NCBI GenBank assembly: GCA_021737045.1
Contig: JAIPES010000002.1
Coordinates: 4,641-68,640 of the forward strand
DNA length: 64,000 nt
Direction of reading: 5' to 3'
DNA from: Desulfobacteraceae bacterium
Lineage (GTDB): Bacteria > Desulfobacterota > Desulfobacteria > Desulfobacterales > Desulfosalsimonadaceae
Under the pieces are notes generated by a model. That model saw only the letters and a list, made by a program, of their open reading frames with translations. It was not told the origin of the DNA and did no database searches. Of this stretch, positions 47,431-58,223 are shown piece by piece (the stretch's first letter is position 1; each line of letters begins with the position of its first letter). The position numbers were made by a program, and so were the translations under genes.

Positions 47431-47592
47431 GTAATAACCTCCTGTAATGAATTTTGACAAACACGCTTGGACTGTCCTGCCTTTTTAAACACAGCCAAAG
47501 CGCAAAAGTCAAAACAAAACCGCGCCGATTGCCCCTGATGCATTGCGAAACCGGGGTTTGGGTTATTCTTTTCTTTTCCCTGCCAAGGCCGG

Positions 47593-49047
47593 TTATCCCT
47601 GTTTTACACCTTTGGCAATGCGCTCGCCAATCTCTTTGTCAATATTTCTCCAGTAATCCAGGGCCCGCTCCAGCACCGGCTCGGATACGCCTTTTTTGAG
47701 GTGTCCCACCACATTGGACACCAGCCGGTCGCGCTGGGCATCGTCCATGACCTCGCGCACCAGGGTGCCGGGCTGGATGAAATCGTCATCATCCTTGCGA
47801 AGGGTGTAGGCCGCGCGGATAAAATCGCCGCTGGCGCTCCACACAGCATCCTCGGGGTAACGTTTGGGGTCGGCCTGGGGGCCGCCCTTGGAGTTGGGCG
47901 CATACACCGGATCAGAGACATTTTCAAAGCGCATTCTGCCGCCCTTGCTGTAGCTGTTGACCGGGCTTTTGGGCCGGTTGACCGGAATCTGCTTGTAATT
48001 GACGCCCAGACGCGCCCGATGGGCGTCCGCATAGGAAGTCAGACGGGCCAGCAGCATTTTGTCCGGACTCGGTCCGATGCCGGGGACAAAGCTGTTGGGC
48101 TCAAATGCCGCCTGCTCGATTTCTGTGTGAAAATCAGACGGGTTCCGGTTCAGCGTCAGACGCCCCACCTCCTGGAGAGGGTAATCACTGTGCGGCCAGA
48201 CCTTGGTGAGGTCAAACGGGTTGAACCGGTAGTTTTCCGCATCCTTAAACGGCATGATCTGGACCTTCAGGGTCCAGCCCGGATGATCGCCGCGCCTGAT
48301 GGCCTCATGCAGATCCCGCCGGTGAAGATCCGGGTCGGTTCCGGCCATGCGGTCGGCTTCCTCATCTGTGAGAAAATCGATCCCCTGATCGGTTTTAAAA
48401 TGATACTTCACCCAGAAACGCTCGCCTTTGGCATTGACCCACATGTAGGTGTGACTCGTGTAGCCGTTCATGTGCCGGTAGCTTTTGGGCACCCCGCGAT
48501 CGCTCATGAGGATGGTGACCTGATGGGCGGTTTCAGGCGACAGGGTCCAGAAATCCCACTGCATATCATGGTCGCGCAATCCGGAATCGGCACGGCGCTT
48601 CTGAGAGTGAATGAAATGCTGGAATTTCATCGGGTCGCGCACAAAGAAAACCGGGGTGTTGTTGCCCACCATGTCGTAGTTGCCCTCTTCAGTATAAAAC
48701 TTCAGGGCAAAGCCGCGCACGTCCCGCCAGGTGTCAGGACTGCCCGCCTCGCCGGCCACAGTGGAAAACCGGGCCAGCACGTCGGTTTTTGCGCCGGGTT
48801 GAAACAGCTTTGCCCTGGTGTAGGCGCTTACGTCCCGGGTGACCTCAAAGTACCCGAAAGCGCCTGAGCCCTTGGCATGGGGCTGCCGGTCCGGAATCAT
48901 CTCCCGGTTGAAGCTGGCCATCTGCTCCATGAGATAATGGTCCTGGTGGAGAATCGGCCCGTCCGGACCGACAGTCAGGGAAAACTCGTCGCTGGCAACT
49001 GGGTTGCCGGCATCGTTTGTCGTGGGTTTGGGATCATCTTTTGCCAT
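47593..49047 (-). CDS. katA: Monofunctional small-subunit heme catalase
   Basis: Motifs [28 protein letters not shown], and [10 protein letters not shown] with the proximal Tyr. Confidence 0.93.
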   Translation of the reverse strand: MAKDDPKPTTNDAGNPVASDEFSLTVGPDGPILHQDHYLMEQMASFNREMIPDRQPHAKGSGAFGYFEVTRDVSAYTRAKLFQPGAKTDVLARFSTVAGEAGSPDTWRDVRGFALKFYTEEGNYDMVGNNTPVFFVRDPMKFQHFIHSQKRRADSGLRDHDMQWDFWTLSPETAHQVTILMSDRGVPKSYRHMNGYTSHTYMWVNAKGERFWVKYHFKTDQGIDFLTDEEADRMAGTDPDLHRRDLHEAIRRGDHPGWTLKVQIMPFKDAENYRFNPFDLTKVWPHSDYPLQEVGRLTLNRNPSDFHTEIEQAAFEPNSFVPGIGPSPDKMLLARLTSYADAHRARLGVNYKQIPVNRPKSPVNSYSKGGRMRFENVSDPVYAPNSKGGPQADPKRYPEDAVWSASGDFIRAAYTLRKDDDDFIQPGTLVREVMDDAQRDRLVSNVVGHLKKGVSEPVLERALDYWRNIDKEIGERIAKGVKQG

Positions 49048-49338
49048 TTTTGCAATACCTCCTTTGCATCATTTGTGCCAATTACCGGATAATATACGAA
49101 AATCGCCTTTTTTTTAAAAAAATGCATATTTACGGCCTGTTCCGACACAGGGCAATATGTTTTATTTTCAAAAAATATTGGCATACACCCAAATGTCAAA
49201 CCGATTTCCGGATTTCTGCATGAAATGAGGCCGGCCGGTATTTCGTTTTTGCATCATGGCGGCACCCGGGTTATGTTTTCCAAAACCGCAACTTTACATC
49301 CCGCAACCAACCGACAAGCGCTGAAAGGAAAAAGGTTC

Positions 49339-50151
49339 ATGCCTGCCGATCCCGCCCTGTTCGCATTCGGACTGACACTGCTGGCCGGACTGGCCACGGG
49401 CGTGGGCAGTGCCCTGGCCTTTTTTGCCAAACAGACCAACACCCGATTTCTGTCCGTGGCTTTAGGATTTTCCGCAGGGGTGATGATCTATGTCTCCATG
49501 ATTGAAATCTTTTTCAAGGCCCGGGAGTCGCTGGCCGAAATTCTGGGCGAAACAGCCGGCTACCAAATGACCACCCTGGCTTTTTTTGCCGGCATTTTGC
49601 TCATTGCCGTGATCGATAAACTGGTTCCATCATTTGAAAACCCCCATGAAATCCGAAACGTGGAGGATCTCGAGGAAGTGGCGGCCGTGGCCGAAAAAAA
49701 CGCCCTGCTGCGCATGGGCATGCTTTCGGCCGTAGCCATCGGGATCCACAACTTCCCGGAGGGGCTGGCCACGTTCACCACGGCCCTTCGCGATCCCACC
49801 CTGGGCGTGAGCATTGCCGTTGCCATTGCCATCCATAATATCCCCGAGGGCATTGCCGTTTCCGTGCCAGTCTATTATGCAACAGGAAGCAAGAAAAAGG
49901 CTTTTACCCTGTCGTTTCTTTCAGGTTTATCCGAGCCCCTGGGCGCCCTGGTGGGGTATCTGATCCTGCTGCCGTTTTTCAATGACCTGGTCTATGGAAT
50001 GCTTTTCGCCTCTGTGGCCGGAATCATGGTGTTTATCTCCATTGACGAACTGCTGCCGTCCGCGGAAAAATACGGGGAGCACCACCTGTCAATCTACGGC
50101 CTTATCGTCGGCATGACGGTGATGGCGGCAAGCCTGATCCTTTTTGCATGA
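49339..50151 (+). CDS. zupT: ZIP-family zinc transporter
   Basis: Motifs GFSAGVM, HNFPEG, HNIPEG and DELLP. Confidence 0.93.
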   Translation: MPADPALFAFGLTLLAGLATGVGSALAFFAKQTNTRFLSVALGFSAGVMIYVSMIEIFFKARESLAEILGETAGYQMTTLAFFAGILLIAVIDKLVPSFENPHEIRNVEDLEEVAAVAEKNALLRMGMLSAVAIGIHNFPEGLATFTTALRDPTLGVSIAVAIAIHNIPEGIAVSVPVYYATGSKKKAFTLSFLSGLSEPLGALVGYLILLPFFNDLVYGMLFASVAGIMVFISIDELLPSAEKYGEHHLSIYGLIVGMTVMAASLILFA

Positions 50152-50297
50152 CCCTGGGGACTGCTGTATTTTAACGTAAGCGTTAATTTACCCTTTATTT
50201 TTCTTAAAACATTGTTTATATTTTTATCCGTTGCTTGAAACGCAAACCGGTCATCCGAATTGCCACCTTCAATGCCCATCCAGGAGGTCGCCGACTT

Positions 50298-51953
50298 ATG
50301 TCATCCATGGAATTCCCAGCTTCGCTGACCCGCATCGGAGACATCGTAGACGCCAATGCCAAAAACCGCAAAGACCAGACTGCCCTTGCCTACTATGAGT
50401 ATGGATTTGAAAACAGCTTTTCCGAATTCAGGGACATTTGCCGGCAGGTGGCCAAGGGCCTGATGGCACTTGGTGTCAAACGCGGGGATCATATCGCCGT
50501 GTGGGCCAACAATTTGCCCGAGTGGGTCTACACCCAGTTTGGCAGCGCCATGGCCGGAGCGGTACTGGTCACGGTCAACACAAACTTCCGGGCTTATGAA
50601 CTTGAATATCTTTTGGAGCAATCCGACAGCACTACCCTGATTCTCTCCCATGGGGTACGCGACCCTGATGAATACCTGCGGATCCTGCGCCGGGTCTGCC
50701 CTGAGGTGGACAGTTGCGAACCCGGCAGGCTTGAAACCGAAAACCTGCCGTTTCTCAAAAATATCGTGCACCTGGGCAAAAACGATATCCCCGGCATGTT
50801 TACCTGGTCCCGGATGCTGGAGCTGGGCAACCGCATCCCGGATGCCGAACTCGACCAGCGGGCCCAAAGCCTGGAGCCCGATGATGTCATCATGATGCAG
50901 TACACTTCCGGCACCACCGGTTATCCAAAGGGCGTGATGCTCACCCACCGCAACCTGATCGGCAACGCCCGGAGCATGGCCGAAATCATGGCCCTGGGCC
51001 CCGATGACACCCTGTGCATTCCCGTCCCTTTTTTCCACTGCTTCGGCTGTGTCATCGGCACCATGTGCTGCACGGTTTCCGGGGCCGCCATGGCACCTGT
51101 GACCGGATTTGATCCGAAACTGGTACTTGAAACCATTGAAGCTCTGAAGTGCACGGCATTACACGGTGTTCCCACCATGTTTATCGCTGAACTCGAAGCC
51201 ATGGAGAACAGGGGATATGACACGGCTCAGCTGCGCACCGGTGTCATGGCCGGCTCCACCTGCCCGGTGGAGGTAATGAAAGGGGTGATGGAAAAAATGG
51301 GGGCAAAGGAACTGACCATTGTCTACGGCCAGACCGAAAGCTCGCCGGGCATCACCCAGACCCGGCGCGATGATTCCCTGAAAGTCTGCACCGAGACCGT
51401 CGGCCGGGCCCTGCCCAACGTTGAGGTCAAAATCGTGGACACGGTCACCGGCCAGACCCTGCCGCCCGGAGAAACCGGGGAACTTTGCAGCCGGGGCTAT
51501 CACATCATGAAAGGCTATTACAAAATGCCGGATAAAACCAAAGAAGCCATTGACCCGGACGGATGGCTGCACACCGGAGACCTGGCCAGCATGGACGAGC
51601 ACGGCAACTGCACGATCCAGGGCCGGTTAAAGGACATGATCATCCGCGGCGGGGAAAACATTTATCCCCGGGAAATCGAGGAATTTCTCTACACCCATCC
51701 GGGGGTCCAGGATGTCCAGGTCGTGGGCATCACGGATAAAAAATACGGCGAGGAAGTCGCCGCCTTTATCCGGCAGAAAAACGGCAACAGCCTTTCGGCC
51801 GAAGAAATCCGAAACTTTTGCAAAGACCGGATTTCCTTTCACAAAATCCCGCGCCATATCTATTTTGTTGATGAATTTCCCACCACCGCCTCAGGCAAAA
51901 TCCAGAAGTACAAACTCAGGGAGATGGCCCTGAATCAATCTGCTGATGCGTGA
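50298..51953 (+). CDS. Acyl-CoA synthetase (AMP-binding)
   Basis: Motifs YTSGTTGYPKG, YGQTE, LHTGD, GR.KDMIIRGGENI and SGKIQK. Confidence 0.92.
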   Translation: MSSMEFPASLTRIGDIVDANAKNRKDQTALAYYEYGFENSFSEFRDICRQVAKGLMALGVKRGDHIAVWANNLPEWVYTQFGSAMAGAVLVTVNTNFRAYELEYLLEQSDSTTLILSHGVRDPDEYLRILRRVCPEVDSCEPGRLETENLPFLKNIVHLGKNDIPGMFTWSRMLELGNRIPDAELDQRAQSLEPDDVIMMQYTSGTTGYPKGVMLTHRNLIGNARSMAEIMALGPDDTLCIPVPFFHCFGCVIGTMCCTVSGAAMAPVTGFDPKLVLETIEALKCTALHGVPTMFIAELEAMENRGYDTAQLRTGVMAGSTCPVEVMKGVMEKMGAKELTIVYGQTESSPGITQTRRDDSLKVCTETVGRALPNVEVKIVDTVTGQTLPPGETGELCSRGYHIMKGYYKMPDKTKEAIDPDGWLHTGDLASMDEHGNCTIQGRLKDMIIRGGENIYPREIEEFLYTHPGVQDVQVVGITDKKYGEEVAAFIRQKNGNSLSAEEIRNFCKDRISFHKIPRHIYFVDEFPTTASGKIQKYKLREMALNQSADA

Positions 51954-52009
51954 ACCGCAAATAACCGCACCGCCGCCCGTCTTATAAAAAATCAACAAGG
52001 AGTCCTTGA

Positions 52010-53656
52010 ATGCAGACAGACCCAAAAGACGAAAAAACCCGATTTGAAGCATTAACCCGGAAAAACGTGGAATTTCTGTTAAACCGCTACAACCGCGTCA
52101 ACCGCTGGGTCATTGCGGACATGATCCGCAGAAGCGCCTATCATCATCCGGACAAAACCGCCCTGATCTTCCAGGACCGGAAGATGAACTACACGGAACT
52201 GGAGGCGGCCTGCAACCAGACCGCCAATGCCCTTCTGGACCTGGGTGTGAAAAAATACGACCGGGTGGCAATTCTGGCCCACAACACCCTGCATCACGTG
52301 CTGACATGGCTGGGCTGCTGTAAGGCCGGGGCCGTGTATCTGGCCGTCAACTACCTGCTGCGCGGCCCGGATATCCAGTATTGCATCAACCACAGCGAAA
52401 GCACGGTTTTTATCGTGGAAGACAGCCTTTATGACCTGGTCAAAGACGTGCTCCCGGAGATGCCCACGGTCAAAACCCTGATCTGGTCCGGACAGGGCGC
52501 AGGACAAAACCCGCCGGATGAAACATTTCTGGAGTTTGACAACTGGTATCAGAAATACCCGGACACCGAACCCGACACGCTCCTGCGCATCGAGGATCCC
52601 TGTCAGATGACCTATACCAGCGGCACCGAATCCCGGCCCAAGGGCGTGATCATCAACCATCAGGCCCTGCTTTCCCAGTACATGGGATGCATCTTTGACG
52701 GGGGCTACGAAAGCGCCGACATCAACATCAACGCCCTGCCCATCTACCACTGTGCCCAGCGCGACGTGTTTTTAAATCCCATATTTTACATCGGCGGCAC
52801 AAACATCCTGATGGGCCCGGATATCGGCCAGATCCTCAAAAACGTGGAAAAATACAGGGCCACCATGCTCTTTGCCCCGCCAACGGTCTGGATCGGCATC
52901 CTGCGCCACCCGGAGTTTGACGCCCATGACCTGTCAAGCCTGAAAAAACTCTACTACGGTGCTTCCATCATGCCGGTGGAAGTTCTCCGGGAGCTGCTCG
53001 AACGCCTGCCCGGAACAAAGATCTACAACTATTACGGCCAGACCGAGCTGGCACCGTATCATACCATTTTAAAGGCCGGGGACGCCTGGGACAAACTGGG
53101 GTCGGCCGGCCGGGCCGGGCTCAACATGGAAACCCGGCTTGAGGCCGACACCGGGGAAATTGTCCATGAACCCGGCCGGCCCGGCGAAATCTGCGGCAAA
53201 GGACCCCATGCCATGATGATGTATTTCAAGGACATGGAAAAAACCGATGACGTGATGCGCGGCGGATGGTTTCATTCCGGTGATCTGGGCGAGCTCGATG
53301 AGGACGGCTATATCACGGTGGTGGACCGCAAAAAGGACATGGTCAAAACCGGGGGTGAAAACGTGGCCTCCAGGGAAGTGGAGGAAGCCGTTTATACAGA
53401 CAGCCGGGTGGAGGAAGTGGCGGTCATCGGCGTGCCCCATCCCAAGTGGGTGGAAGCTGTCGCGGCCGTGGTGGTCCCCAGGCAGGGAGAAAGCATCAGT
53501 GAAGAGGAAATTCTGGAGATCTGCCGCAAAAAGCTTGCACCGTTTAAGGTGCCCAAAAAAATCATTTTTGTGGACCAGCTGCCCAAAACACCCACGGGAA
53601 AACTTTTGAAACGGGATATGCGGGACACATACAAAGATGCATTCGGCCCAGACTGA
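52010..53656 (+). CDS. Fatty acyl-CoA synthetase (AMP-binding)
   Basis: Motifs YTSGT...PKG, YGQTE, FHSGD, DRKKDM.KTGGENV and TGK.LK. Confidence 0.92.
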   Translation: MQTDPKDEKTRFEALTRKNVEFLLNRYNRVNRWVIADMIRRSAYHHPDKTALIFQDRKMNYTELEAACNQTANALLDLGVKKYDRVAILAHNTLHHVLTWLGCCKAGAVYLAVNYLLRGPDIQYCINHSESTVFIVEDSLYDLVKDVLPEMPTVKTLIWSGQGAGQNPPDETFLEFDNWYQKYPDTEPDTLLRIEDPCQMTYTSGTESRPKGVIINHQALLSQYMGCIFDGGYESADININALPIYHCAQRDVFLNPIFYIGGTNILMGPDIGQILKNVEKYRATMLFAPPTVWIGILRHPEFDAHDLSSLKKLYYGASIMPVEVLRELLERLPGTKIYNYYGQTELAPYHTILKAGDAWDKLGSAGRAGLNMETRLEADTGEIVHEPGRPGEICGKGPHAMMMYFKDMEKTDDVMRGGWFHSGDLGELDEDGYITVVDRKKDMVKTGGENVASREVEEAVYTDSRVEEVAVIGVPHPKWVEAVAAVVVPRQGESISEEEILEICRKKLAPFKVPKKIIFVDQLPKTPTGKLLKRDMRDTYKDAFGPD

Positions 53657-54545
53657 CAAGCCGGATGTGATCATCCGGGAAGTGGCCTTAAGAGACGGAC
53701 TGCAGTCAGAGTCCGGCTTTGTGGCCACCGAAGACAAGCTCCGCCTGATCCGGGCCCTGGCCGCAGCCGGGGTGGTTTTTCTGGAAACCACCTCCTTTGT
53801 CAGTCCCCGGGCCATTCCCCAGCTCAAGGATGCCCGGGAATTAATGGCCCGGGTGCCGCGGGGTTTGCTCTGCCACGAAGTCATGGTACCCAACCTCAGG
53901 GGTGCCCGGGCAGCCGCAGAGGCGGGGGCTGACCGGCTTATTGTGTTTATCTCCGCATCCGGGACCCATAACCGGAAAAACGTGGGCTGCGGCATTGAGC
54001 AATCCATGGCGGATCTCAGGGCCATATCCGGACTGGCAGCAAACCGGAAAATTGCCGTGGCCGCAGCCATTGCCACGTCCTTTGGCTGCCCGTATGAAGG
54101 ACGGGTGGACAAATCCGCAGTGCTGGCCATTGCCCGGCGCTTTGTCCATGAGGGAGCAGACCGGATAACCCTGGCCGACACAACCGGCATAGCCAACCCC
54201 AAACAGATCACCGAAACAGTGGCCTTTTTCAAAGACCACCTGCCCAATACCCAAATCTGCCTGCATCTGCACAACAACCGGGGCATTGCCGCAGCCAATC
54301 TCTATGCCGGATACCTTGCCGGCATAGAGATGTTTGACACCTCCCTGGGCGGCATCGGCGGATGTCCCAATGTTCCCCTGGCCGCGGGCAACCTGGCCAC
54401 CGAAGACGTGGCCAACATGTTTGAGGCCATGGGTGTAAGCACGGGAATGGACATTGACGGGCTCATCAGGGCCGCCGGCCTCCTGGAAAACATCCTCGGC
54501 CGCGCCCTGCCCGGCCAGGTCATGAAAAGCGGCACCTCCGCGTAG
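53637..54545 (+). CDS. Hydroxymethylglutaryl-CoA lyase
   Basis: Motifs EV..RDGLQ, SFVSP, FGCPYEG, LADT.G, LH.H and GGCP...A.GN.ATED. Confidence 0.9.
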   Translation: MHSAQTDKPDVIIREVALRDGLQSESGFVATEDKLRLIRALAAAGVVFLETTSFVSPRAIPQLKDARELMARVPRGLLCHEVMVPNLRGARAAAEAGADRLIVFISASGTHNRKNVGCGIEQSMADLRAISGLAANRKIAVAAAIATSFGCPYEGRVDKSAVLAIARRFVHEGADRITLADTTGIANPKQITETVAFFKDHLPNTQICLHLHNNRGIAAANLYAGYLAGIEMFDTSLGGIGGCPNVPLAAGNLATEDVANMFEAMGVSTGMDIDGLIRAAGLLENILGRALPGQVMKSGTSA

Positions 54546-54686
54546 CCGCCGGGCTGTTGCGTTTCCGCAAGTATCCTGCTAAGGTGTTTGCTACGAATCC
54601 TTACGAATCTTTGCATTGTTGTGTTGATATCAGCGGCCATTGCCAAAAGACCGATGATGCCTGCAAACAATTGCAAAGATTAATAT

Positions 54687-54965
54687 ATGCAGGAAAACCA
54701 GATGCACATCACCCTGTCAACAGGCCGCAAAATTGACACTCAGCATGATCTGACCGCCGAGGAGCGCCATATTGTCCAGAAACTTTATGCCTGGGCCGAT
54801 GCAGTGGGCACTGTCGAGGCTTTTGAAAACAAAAGAAAGCAGGCGTTACAAGCCGGCTGGAACAGTTCCGGACAAGTGATTGAACGCAGTGTGCTGCGGC
54901 AGATCATAGATGACCTGGAAAAAAAAGTAAGGACAAAACTCCGGCACAAACCCGGCGCCGGATAA
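54687..54965 (+). CDS. Hypothetical protein
   Basis: 92-aa ORF filling an intergenic gap; no recognisable motif. Confidence 0.6.
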   Translation: MQENQMHITLSTGRKIDTQHDLTAEERHIVQKLYAWADAVGTVEAFENKRKQALQAGWNSSGQVIERSVLRQIIDDLEKKVRTKLRHKPGAG

Positions 54966-54979
54966 ATGCAAAATCCGTA

Positions 54980-55234
54980 TTACCGGCCTCCCGGACCCAG
55001 GATCCATTTCTTCAGCCCTGTGGTAATCCATTTTGCCGGCGCCCCGGATACGGCGTAGCCGATGACCGCAAGCATCACAAACATCATGGCCCGGCCGGCG
55101 GTATCCATGTCCGGTTCGATCAGATGCGGGCCCAGCAAAGCGCCCAGGCCGATTCCCATGAGAATGCGCCATGAATCGGGCAGAAACAGAATATAAAAAA
55201 TCACATATGCGGGGGTAACCGGGTGTTTGGGCAA
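54980..55234 (-). CDS. Small hypothetical membrane protein
   Basis: TTG after AAGGA; hydrophobic segments YVIFYILFL, ILMGIGLGALLG and MMFVMLAVIGYAV. Confidence 0.6.
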   Translation of the reverse strand: MPKHPVTPAYVIFYILFLPDSWRILMGIGLGALLGPHLIEPDMDTAGRAMMFVMLAVIGYAVSGAPAKWITTGLKKWILGPGGR

Positions 55235-55364
55235 AACCTGTTTTCCTTTGCAGTTTGTACATTGCGGTTGATCCGAAACACAAAATTCGGCTATAGATAT
55301 GCCGAAACCGATATCATTAAATATAGCAAACCGCAAGTTTGCGATGCGGCCAAAAGGAGGCAAA

Positions 55365-55682
55365 TTGCAGGCACTCAAGGGATTTCAGAAAACCTGGCTC
55401 AGGGGGCGGGCCCATGACATCAAGCCGGTGGTGTTCATCGGTCAGAAAGGCCTGTCCCCGTCGGTGATCGAGGCGGTTGCCGATGCCATTGACACCCATG
55501 AACTCATCAAGGTCAAATTTCTGGATTTCAAGGATAAACAACAAAAGCAGACCATTGCCCAAACCATCAGCGAACAGACCGGATCGGAACTGGTGGGGAT
55601 GATCGGGCACATGGCCATATTTTTCCGCCAGCACCCGGAGCCGGAAAAACAAAAGATCCGGCTGCCGGATCGCGCCAAATAA
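55365..55682 (+). CDS. yhbY: CRM-domain ribosome assembly RNA-binding protein
   Basis: TTG after AGGAGG; motifs LR..AH...PVV.IG..G, HELIKVK and IGH. Confidence 0.9.
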   Translation: MQALKGFQKTWLRGRAHDIKPVVFIGQKGLSPSVIEAVADAIDTHELIKVKFLDFKDKQQKQTIAQTISEQTGSELVGMIGHMAIFFRQHPEPEKQKIRLPDRAK

Positions 55683-55792
55683 TGGAAAACAAAACCCCGG
55701 TGGTTTCCTGCACCGGGTCGTCTGCCAAACGTTATTTTACGGGCAACAAACCCATCATCATTTTTATTCCGGGCAACAGAAAGGATTTTTCC

Positions 55793-57481
55793 ATGAGCCG
55801 GCAGCAGCCAGACAAAATTATCTGCTCAATGAACCGCGTGAGCAAGTATCACCATAAAAAACCAATTATTGAAGACATTTCCCTGTCGTATTTCTACGGC
55901 GCCAAAATCGGGGTGCTTGGATTAAACGGAGCGGGCAAAAGCACCCTGCTTCGCATCATGGCCGGAGCAGACACCCGGTACAACGGCGAAATGGCCATGA
56001 GCCCGGGCTACACCGTGGGCTTTCTGGAACAGGAACCCGTTCTGGATGACGAAAAAACCGTGCGCCAGGTTGTGGAGGAGGCGGTTGCCGGCACCATGGA
56101 ACTGATGGCCGAATACAACCGAATCAATGAACAGTTTGCCGAGCCCATGAGCGATGAGGCAATGGACAAGCTGATCGGCCGCCAGGCAGATGTTCAGGAA
56201 AAACTCGATGCCGCCGATGCCTGGGACATTGACGCACGACTGGAGATGGCCATGGACGCTCTGCGCTGCCCTGAGGGCGACACAACGGTAAAAGTCCTTT
56301 CCGGCGGTGAACGCCGCAGGGTGGCCCTGTGCCGGATTCTGCTGCAGAAACCAGATATTCTGCTTCTCGACGAGCCCACCAACCATCTGGATGCGGAAAC
56401 CGTGGCCTGGCTGGAACGGCATCTGCAGCAATACGAAGGCACCATTATCGCAGTCACCCATGACCGGTATTTTCTCGACAACGTGGCCGGCTGGATCCTG
56501 GAACTGGACCGGGGCCGTGGCATTCCCTGGAAGGGCAACTACACCTCATGGCTGGAGCAGAAGCAGGAACGGCTCCGCCAGGAGGAAAAGGCCGAGTCCC
56601 AGCGCCAGAAAACGCTGGAGCGGGAACTGGATTGGATCCGCATGTCTCCAAAGGCCCGGCAGAGCAAGTCCAAGGCGCGTATCAATGCCTACGAACAGCT
56701 GCTAAACCAGCAGTCTGCAGACCGGGCAAAAGAAATGCAGATCTACATCCCGCCCGGCCCCCGCCTGGGCAAGGTGGTGGTGGAGGCAGACGGCGTGTCC
56801 AAAGGCTACGGAGACCGGCTTTTGTTTGAAAACATGTCCTTTCACCTGCCGCCGGGCGGCATTGTTGGCGTTGTGGGTCCAAACGGGGCGGGCAAAACCA
56901 CCCTGTTTCAAATGATCACCGGCAAAGAGCAGCCGGATACAGGCACCCTGCGCATCGGTGATACCGTGCGCCTGGCCTATGTGGAGCAAAGCCGCGCCAG
57001 CCTGGATCCGGAAAAAACCGTGTGGGAGGCCGTATCCGACGGCGAGGACATCATCCGGCTCGGAAGCGTGGAGGTCAAGTCCAGGGCCTATGTATCCAGA
57101 TTCAATTTTTCCGGCGCTGACCAGCAGAAAAAAGTCGGGATGCTTTCGGGCGGTGAGCGCAACAGGGTACACATGGCCCGGATGCTCAAGCAGGGGGCAA
57201 ACGTCATTTTGCTTGACGAGCCCACCAACGACCTTGATGTCAACACCATGCGCGCCCTGGAAACGGCCCTGGAACACTTTGCCGGATGCGCGGTGGTCAT
57301 CAGCCATGACCGGTGGTTTCTCGACCGGATCGCCACCCATATCCTTGCCTTTGAGGGCGACAGTCAGGTGATATGGGTGGAGGGCAATTACGCCGACTAC
57401 GAACAGGACCGCAAAAAACGTCTGGGCGAGGCGGCGGAAAGGCCCCACCGAATCAAGTACCGGCGCCTGAGCCGGCAGTAG
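55793..57481 (+). CDS. ettA: Energy-dependent translational throttle ABC-F protein
   Basis: GAKIGVLGLNGAGKSTL, two ABC cassettes, RELDWIR.SPKARQSKSKAR linker, HRIKYR.L tail. Confidence 0.95.
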   Translation: MSRQQPDKIICSMNRVSKYHHKKPIIEDISLSYFYGAKIGVLGLNGAGKSTLLRIMAGADTRYNGEMAMSPGYTVGFLEQEPVLDDEKTVRQVVEEAVAGTMELMAEYNRINEQFAEPMSDEAMDKLIGRQADVQEKLDAADAWDIDARLEMAMDALRCPEGDTTVKVLSGGERRRVALCRILLQKPDILLLDEPTNHLDAETVAWLERHLQQYEGTIIAVTHDRYFLDNVAGWILELDRGRGIPWKGNYTSWLEQKQERLRQEEKAESQRQKTLERELDWIRMSPKARQSKSKARINAYEQLLNQQSADRAKEMQIYIPPGPRLGKVVVEADGVSKGYGDRLLFENMSFHLPPGGIVGVVGPNGAGKTTLFQMITGKEQPDTGTLRIGDTVRLAYVEQSRASLDPEKTVWEAVSDGEDIIRLGSVEVKSRAYVSRFNFSGADQQKKVGMLSGGERNRVHMARMLKQGANVILLDEPTNDLDVNTMRALETALEHFAGCAVVISHDRWFLDRIATHILAFEGDSQVIWVEGNYADYEQDRKKRLGEAAERPHRIKYRRLSRQ

Positions 57482-57608
57482 AAATGTTGGGACACCGCCT
57501 GGCTGAAAATTGAATTCGCGTTTTTTATTGACTGGTATTTTTAGCTGTGTTAGAAATTTTACCTTTATCAGGCTGGTAAATGCGCCGGCCCGTTGATGGC
57601 AATGCAAA

Positions 57609-57827
57609 ATGAAGAAACAAAAACAAAGTGCTTTCAGGGACCTTGCTTACTATAGCGGCCTTGGATTTTCCATTGCACTTGCAATATTTATCGGGTTATT
57701 TATCGGCCTGGGAATAGACAGGTTGTTTGACACCACGCCGGTATTTATGTTTATTTTCCTTTTTTTCGGCATCATTGCCGGTTTCAACAATATTTACAAG
57801 GTGATCAAACGCAGCAGCAAAAATTGA
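57609..57827 (+). CDS. AtpZ/AtpI-family small membrane protein
   Basis: G.SIALAIFIG..IG...D..F.T.P......G..AGF.N; first gene of the atp cluster. Confidence 0.85.
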   Translation: MKKQKQSAFRDLAYYSGLGFSIALAIFIGLFIGLGIDRLFDTTPVFMFIFLFFGIIAGFNNIYKVIKRSSKN

Positions 57828-57835
57828 GGATTTAG

Positions 57836-58222
57836 ATGGTCATACAACAGCGTCTGCTCAAATTCATCATGCGGACGAACTGGTGCTTGCTTGCAGCCGC
57901 CAGTATAGTCGGATTTGCCGCTACTCAGCTGCATTTTGCCCTGGGCATCGCTGCCGGTGGCCTGATTGTGACACTTAATTTTCATCTGCTGTACAGAAAC
58001 CTGAAACGCTCTCTGACCCCGCCGCATCTTGCCTCTCACAACGTAGTTCTGCTTAAGTACTATATCCGGTTTATCCTGACCTGCTTTATCATCTTTCTGC
58101 TGATTGCAGGCGGATATGTTGAACCACTTGGCTTGGTTATCGGCCTTTCGATTGTTGTGGCAAGCATAATGCTCGGCACCATCCGGGAATTTATAAAACT
58201 TATATACAAGGAGGCGGTCTGA
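57836..58222 (+). CDS. atpI: ATP synthase subunit I
   Basis: Four TM segments, lying between the atpZ-like gene and atpB. Confidence 0.8.
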   Translation: MVIQQRLLKFIMRTNWCLLAAASIVGFAATQLHFALGIAAGGLIVTLNFHLLYRNLKRSLTPPHLASHNVVLLKYYIRFILTCFIIFLLIAGGYVEPLGLVIGLSIVVASIMLGTIREFIKLIYKEAV

Positions 58223-58223
58223 A

